Program-made: the position numbers and the translations under genes
The notes under the pieces: generated by a model
Seen by the model: only the letters and a program-made list of their open reading frames with translations
Told to the model about the DNA's origin: nothing
Database searches by the model: none
From: Octopus vulgaris
Taxonomy: Eukaryota
Direction: 5' to 3'
Assembly (NCBI GenBank): GCA_951406725.2
Contig: OX597815.1
Span: 178,188,001 to 178,252,000 of the forward strand
Length of the DNA stretch: 64,000 nucleotides
In this document: piece by piece, positions 56,080 through 64,000 of the stretch
Layout of the letters: each line of letters starts with the position of its first letter
Numbering within the stretch: the stretch's first letter is position 1

Positions 56080-56095
56080 AATAATAATAATCTGC

Positions 56096-56725
56096 AATAG
56101 AATGGATGAAATCGTTGCCCATAATACGAACGAATGCCCTGGACTTGTCCAAAATTACTACACGATCAGGTAGCGTAAGTGCGATATTATAAGCTGTGTG
56201 CAAAATGGGGGGTAGAGGGAGGTAAGTCGTGCTATTAGCACAAGCCGCAGAGACAGCGGAGTTGGAGACGAGCAAATTCCTCTGGGATTTCGCAATCCAA
56301 ACAGATTTGGTACTAGAGCATAACAGATTGGACCTAGTGGTAGTTGACAAGATGCACCACATATGCTATATAGTCGATGTTGCATGCTCCTTCGACCCAC
56401 GAATAGTCAAGAAGGAAGGCGAAAAGATAGATAAATACAACCCCCTTAAGTACGAAATAGCCGGGCTAAGGTAACTGAAGAAAGTGAAGATGGTGCTAAT
56501 TATCGTTGGGTCTTTGGGAACAGTATCAGGGGAGTATAAAGGAAATTGGAATAGAGTACCCAATAGAACTGTTACAAAAGGTTTGCCGACTTGGCACAGC
56601 CAGAATAATCAGGAAAGTATTAGGTAGCTGAAAAGAACAAATAGCATGATACGGTAGGTAGTAAGCTCGTTACGCATGCAAGAATTCAGGAGCTCCCACA
56701 AAACCTGTGCCAAAGAGAAAGAAGT
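56096..56725 (+). mobile_element. R4/Dong-clade LINE 3' fragment (restriction-like endonuclease)
   Basis: HDQVA...KFLWDFAIQTDLVLEHNRLDLVVVDK...IVDVAC...KIDKY..LKYEI...IIVGSLGTV...LLQKVCRLGTARIIRKVL; followed by (GAT)n. Confidence 0.85.
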
Positions 56726-56726
56726 A

Positions 56727-56775
<49 letters not shown>

Positions 56776-57649
56776 CGATGATGACGATGATGACGATGAT
56801 GACGATGATGATGATGATGATGATGATGATTACCAAACGAACGTGAAATCGGTGGTAATACGTATCTTTAATGAAGAGTGTTGAGAACCCACTGCAACCA
56901 CATGCATCATATGTAAAGTACAACAAATTGAAACCGTTATTAAAATGAAGAGTTCTTGACACAAGACCGCTGAGAACAACGGACAACAAAAATATTAAAA
57001 CAAAAGTACTTTATCACCGTTTTCTCAGCGAAAGCAACAGGACACTAATCGTGCTTCATTATAATCTTAACAAAGTTTTTCTCGTGGCTCTCCGGCATTC
57101 ATACCGCACGCAGTGTCAAGCTGATTGCCAGTGACAAATTATCACCAGTCACGTGTGTGATGTTAAGGTCCTATCTGTTAAGGACATAGAAGTAATCAGA
57201 AGACCTCACACCATTTCGTGAAAACTATCCACTCATAAATAAAGATATAATTTCTTAATGCTATTTTTTCTTGCTCTATTTCGCTCTTCCATTACATCTC
57301 CTTTCTTTGCTTCTCTGACTCCTACTTACATTGATTTTTCTGCAGAATCGCTCCTGTTTCTATTCATGGATAATATTTCACACCATCTGCATTCTTCCTG
57401 TAATTTTCTCCACTCTCATCTGTTATCTTGCTTCTCATCTTCCTTTTCGTCACTTCACTTGATATTTTCTCTTTACTTTATCTCGTATGTTCTTCCTGGT
57501 CATGCTTTCTTCAGCAGGATGTACGTCCTCATACAACGCCACTCTCCTCCAAATCCCATTTATCTCTTAGCCTTTTTCCTACATTTATTATAATCTATCA
57601 GTCTACATATCCTTCAATCTCTCTCTCTAACTCTCTTTCTCTCTCCATA

Positions 57650-60210
<2,561 letters not shown>

Positions 60211-60924
60211 AATATATTCCCAGTCAAAGTTCTCAGTAGTCACCTAGACATCTTCATGGCGTCATGCTTAGTATATTAATCTGATGGATAAGATTTCTTT
60301 TGTCAGCAATGTGTTCATTTCTTATTAGATAATTTATTTAATACATTCCGCTTATTTCTTTTTTTTTTTTTATATCCATCAATGCTTACAGCAATCCAGT
60401 ATTTAAACACAAATACACTCACATGCATACACAGCGCTGCATGTTCATTGCTATATGCACTGTTTACATGATATGCGGCATTTCTAATTCAACCGCCTTC
60501 TGCTGTTTGTTATTGTTGTTGTTGTTCCACTTCATCATCTTCTCTTCTTACTCTCCTTCTTCTTCAGTTTTACTTTACTCCTTCTCCTTGATGTTTACTT
60601 TCCATTTCCACAACCTCTTATCTTCCTTTTTTTCCTCCTTCTGGCAGTATTAAACCATAAATATGGTTATATATCTAATCTTTAACTCTTCGATTCCTCT
60701 TACATTATATTTTGTGCTACCTTAAGAATAATAGTCTGCTTCTAAAAGACAATTTCATAACCACAAAATCATTGATTCATACATAACAGTTACACACACA
60801 CACACACACACATTCAGAAGCACCCACCCACCCAAACACACACACACACACATCTATATATTTATATATGTAGAAGTGTGTGTGTCTTTGCGTGTATGTA
60901 TGTATGTATGTATGTTTTGATATA

Positions 60925-61337
60925 TGGCGAGCTAGCAGAAATGTTAGCACGCCGAGCGAAATGCGTAGCCGTATTTCATCTGCCGTTACGTTCTGAGTTC
61001 AAATTCCGCCGCGGTTGACTTTGCCTTTCATCATTTCGAGGTTGATAAATTAAGTACCATTTACGCACTAGGGTCGATATAATCGACTTAATCCGTGTGT
61101 CTGTCCTTGTTTGTCCTCTCTGTGTTTAGCCCCTTGTGGGTAGTAAAGAAATGGGTATTTCGTCTGCCGCTACGTTCTGAGTTCAAATTCCGCCGAGGTC
61201 GACTCTGCCTTTCATCATTTCGGGGTCGATTAAATAAGTACCAGTTACGCACAGGGGTCGATATAATCGACTTAATCCGTTTGTCTCTCCTTGTTTGTCC
61301 CATCTATATTTACCCCCTTGTGGGCAATAAAGACATA
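60925..61337 (+). mobile_element. SINE family B dimer
   Basis: Two bodies joined at gtagtaaagaaatg|ggtatttcgtctgccg. Confidence 0.82.
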
Positions 61338-61384
61338 GATGTATGTATGGGTGTGCGTACAGAATAGAATACATATTCTGTGTC

Positions 61385-61825
61385 GTTTTTCTTTTCTTTT
61401 GCTAGTTTCAGTCATTTATTCGAACAGATCGACTAGTACTTATTCTATCGGTCACTTTTTCTGAGCCGCTAGGTTACGGTGATGTAAACACACCAACATC
61501 GGTTGTCAAGCTATAGTACGGGGACAAATACACACACCACACACACACACGCACATATACATATATATGACAAAGGTTGAGATGAGTTTCACACTTTTAG
61601 TTTGTTAGATTTTTAATAAAAATTCATCATAGTAAATTTGTAGCTTACTGTTATAAGTATTTTATTTAATATGAAAATGTTACAAGTATAAGGTGTGTTG
61701 TGAGCATTGATAGAACACATATCCTATAGAAACTCAACAAACAATTAAAGATGAAGAAGAGAAGAGTTTAAAAGCTTTACAAAAATTTTAATTTCTATAA
61801 ATGCTCATAACACACCTTATATATA

Positions 61826-61923
<98 letters not shown>

Positions 61924-61984
61924 GATCTTCTTTCAGTTTCCGTCTACCAAATCCACATGCAATCACGTGGTTGGGAAGCAAGCT
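61385..61984 (-). mobile_element. SINE family A fragments (61385-61545 and 61925-61984)
   Basis: gtaaacacaccaacatcggttgtcaag body; ctttcagtttccgtctaccaaatccac...gtggttgggaagcaagct head. Confidence 0.65.
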
Positions 61985-63022
61985 CCTTTTCATTTCTTCT
62001 TTTCATTTAATTGGCCACAAGGGTCATACAAAGAAAGGAAGCTGCAAGCTGGACACGGACATAATGAGATGGGATGATTAACGATATGATAATAATGAGG
62101 GCAACAGCGCCACCCTCCGATTGCTGTATACCCGAGTACATTGTTCTTTTATAAAACATTTTGAGGCAACAAACCTCTTACACAATAACACATTAAGGAG
62201 GCAATAGACCTCTTACATTTACGACATACAAAGCCTTTCTGAAACAATAAACCTCTTACACAAGTCCATTTAGGAATCAATAAAACAATATTCTTGCGCG
62301 GCCAGACTTCTCGCCTCAGCAAAACGCCTGGACGACTCCAAGTCGGGCCAATTTAACATAAATCTGTAGGCATTCTTGGGGAAGGAGTTCATTATCCTGA
62401 ACAGGTCGTTCTCCTTTATGACATTCACAGCCACCTGCGAAGGCAGCCTCCGGGTCCTTCTGTGGGCAACCATTGTTGCCCACCTTTCGTTTTCTTCCTT
62501 TTTTCGAAGAGGCTTCGACCTCCTCGACTTCCTCGACTTCCTCCTTCTCTCCCTCCAATGAGGGAGCAGGGAGTGATACTTTTATCAACTGCTCCAGGAC
62601 CTTATTTTGGTCCTTAGGGCAGTTTTTTTTTATATGGCCTAGTTCCAGGCTCAGGCGGCACTTGGGGGTGGCGTCCCTCAAGCATCACCGGATACCTGGA
62701 CCCGGCCATTTAAAAAAAAATCTGGAACAACCAGATTTTCGGCTGATTGAGTCTTTTGACCCCTCCCAATCAGCCGCAGGCAAAAGTTTTACATTGAGCA
62801 GCTTGTTACTGCTGCACCCATACCCCGGCGGATAGTGTCATCTATCCACTCGGGGTCAATTCAGGGTGGCAGACCGCAGACTCAAGCCCTCGTCAACTTC
62901 TTCCCACAATAAGTGGGAAGGGACAAAATATCCTTGCCCTCCAAAGGCTGGCTTGTGAATTCGCAAGCTTCTTCGGGGGAGTCAAATAGCAACCACACCT
63001 TTTCCATGCCATTTCCTTTCCG
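61985..63022 (-). mobile_element. Non-LTR element (L1/Tx1-like ORF1 family), copy 2: ORF1 remnant with zinc knuckle, 3' UTR and A-rich tail, no ORF2
   Basis: VWLLFDSPEEACEFTSQPLEGK...PKCRLSLELGHIKKNCP (decayed CX2CX4HX4C); stop near 62270; 3' end cccttgtggccaattaaatgaaaagaagaaatgaaaagg. Confidence 0.7.
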
Positions 63023-63029
63023 TGTTATT

Positions 63030-63820
63030 TTATTATTAATGTCGTTGTTGTTATTATTGATGTTGCAGTTATTATTTGATGAAAACTCTCAGCTTATTTT
63101 GATGGGTATGGCGGAAAGCGTCAGCCATCCAGACCTAGCAGACTAAGGTGACACATGATCATGTCTCAAGAACCCTGCAAAGAATTCTTGCAGTTACGAG
63201 CAATACTGATTTTTGTAGCTGTTCTACCTTCACATTTGCACCGACCTTTTTCAGTCGTGCTGGCAGTTGAGTGCTGATACTGCCAAGTGCACTAATTATT
63301 ACCGGTACCGCGTCAACTCTCCTCATTGGCCACAACCTTCGTATTTCTCATTTCAAATCCTCGCAGTTCTTCAGTTTTTCTTCTTTCTCTTTGATCCTGT
63401 CGTAACCGAGACATGCTTTGTCGATTATCATGCAAATTCTTCGTCTGCCGCTACATTCTGAGTTCAAATTCTACCGAGGTCGACTTTGCCTTTCATCCTT
63501 TCGGGGTCGATAAATTAAGTACAAATTATACACTGGAGTCGATGTAATCGACTGGTCCCCTCCCCAAAAATTTCGGGCCTTGTGCTTAGAGTAGAAAATA
63601 TTATCATGAAAGTTCTTTTTTTTATTCACCAAAACAATGTCCGGTTTCCGATGTCTGGTCAGGTGATCGCACTGAATCATTGCATCCACAAGATTTTGCA
63701 ATCTTCGTTTTCTATGATTCCTTCTGGAGTTTACTCCAACCACGCCTTTACTCTTTGATTTCCACTGAGCTCGCAATGGATCATTCTTGCCACATTGTCA
63801 TGTCGTCTATTGTAATCGCG
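63030..63820 (-). mobile_element. R4/Dong-clade LINE 3' fragment interrupted by a SINE
   Basis: YNRRHDNVARMIH...PEGIIENEDCKIL-(fs)-DAMIQCDHLTRHRKPDIVLVNKK | ICMIIDKAC...EIRRLW...VPVIISALGSI...LQKSVLLVTARIL; (TAA/CAA)-rich tail. Confidence 0.85.
63442..63599 (+). mobile_element. 5'-truncated SINE family B with ~18-bp imperfect TSD
   Basis: attatcatgcaaattctt (63424-63441) and attatcatgaaagttctt (63600-63617). Confidence 0.8.
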
Positions 63821-64000
63821 AACGGAATTTCGTACCCGATGAATATCTCAGTTTTACATTTTTCTTCCTTGATAATTTGGCCTACATAATAGACGTACAA
63901 CCATGGCGAATTTAACAATTTCGCTTTAGATCGAAAAAAAAAGAAACAATGCTAAACAGAGTCAATCGATTGAGTTCTCAACAAAAATGTCCACTTCCTT

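Overview
AT-rich, microsatellite-saturated eukaryotic DNA, most likely intronic or intergenic sequence from a coleoid cephalopod (octopus-like; inferred from the SINE families and repeat landscape). I can support no intact host protein-coding gene; nearly all ORF-track ORFs are microsatellite read-throughs. The window holds three or more tRNA-derived SINE families, decayed LINE fragments (CR1-like, RTE, R4/Dong, L1/Tx1-like ORF1), a Penelope-like GIY-YIG remnant, a non-autonomous Helitron, a pogo/Tigger-type MITE, and a 100-N gap flanked by a ~2.5 kb probably artefactual duplication. The main hidden signal is about 15 type I hammerhead ribozyme motifs (intact, degenerate or partial) from several unrelated short element families. 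Many sit in (TA)n microsatellites, three form fold-back palindromes with one hammerhead per strand, some have long stem II insertions, and one family has a non-canonical core. A second signal is an ORF1-only non-LTR element whose two copies abut the same AGCTT site in a SINE tRNA head; it carries an Inr+DPE internal promoter and a 3' tail resembling a segment of another SINE. All calls were made by eye and boundaries are approximate unless a TSD is given.
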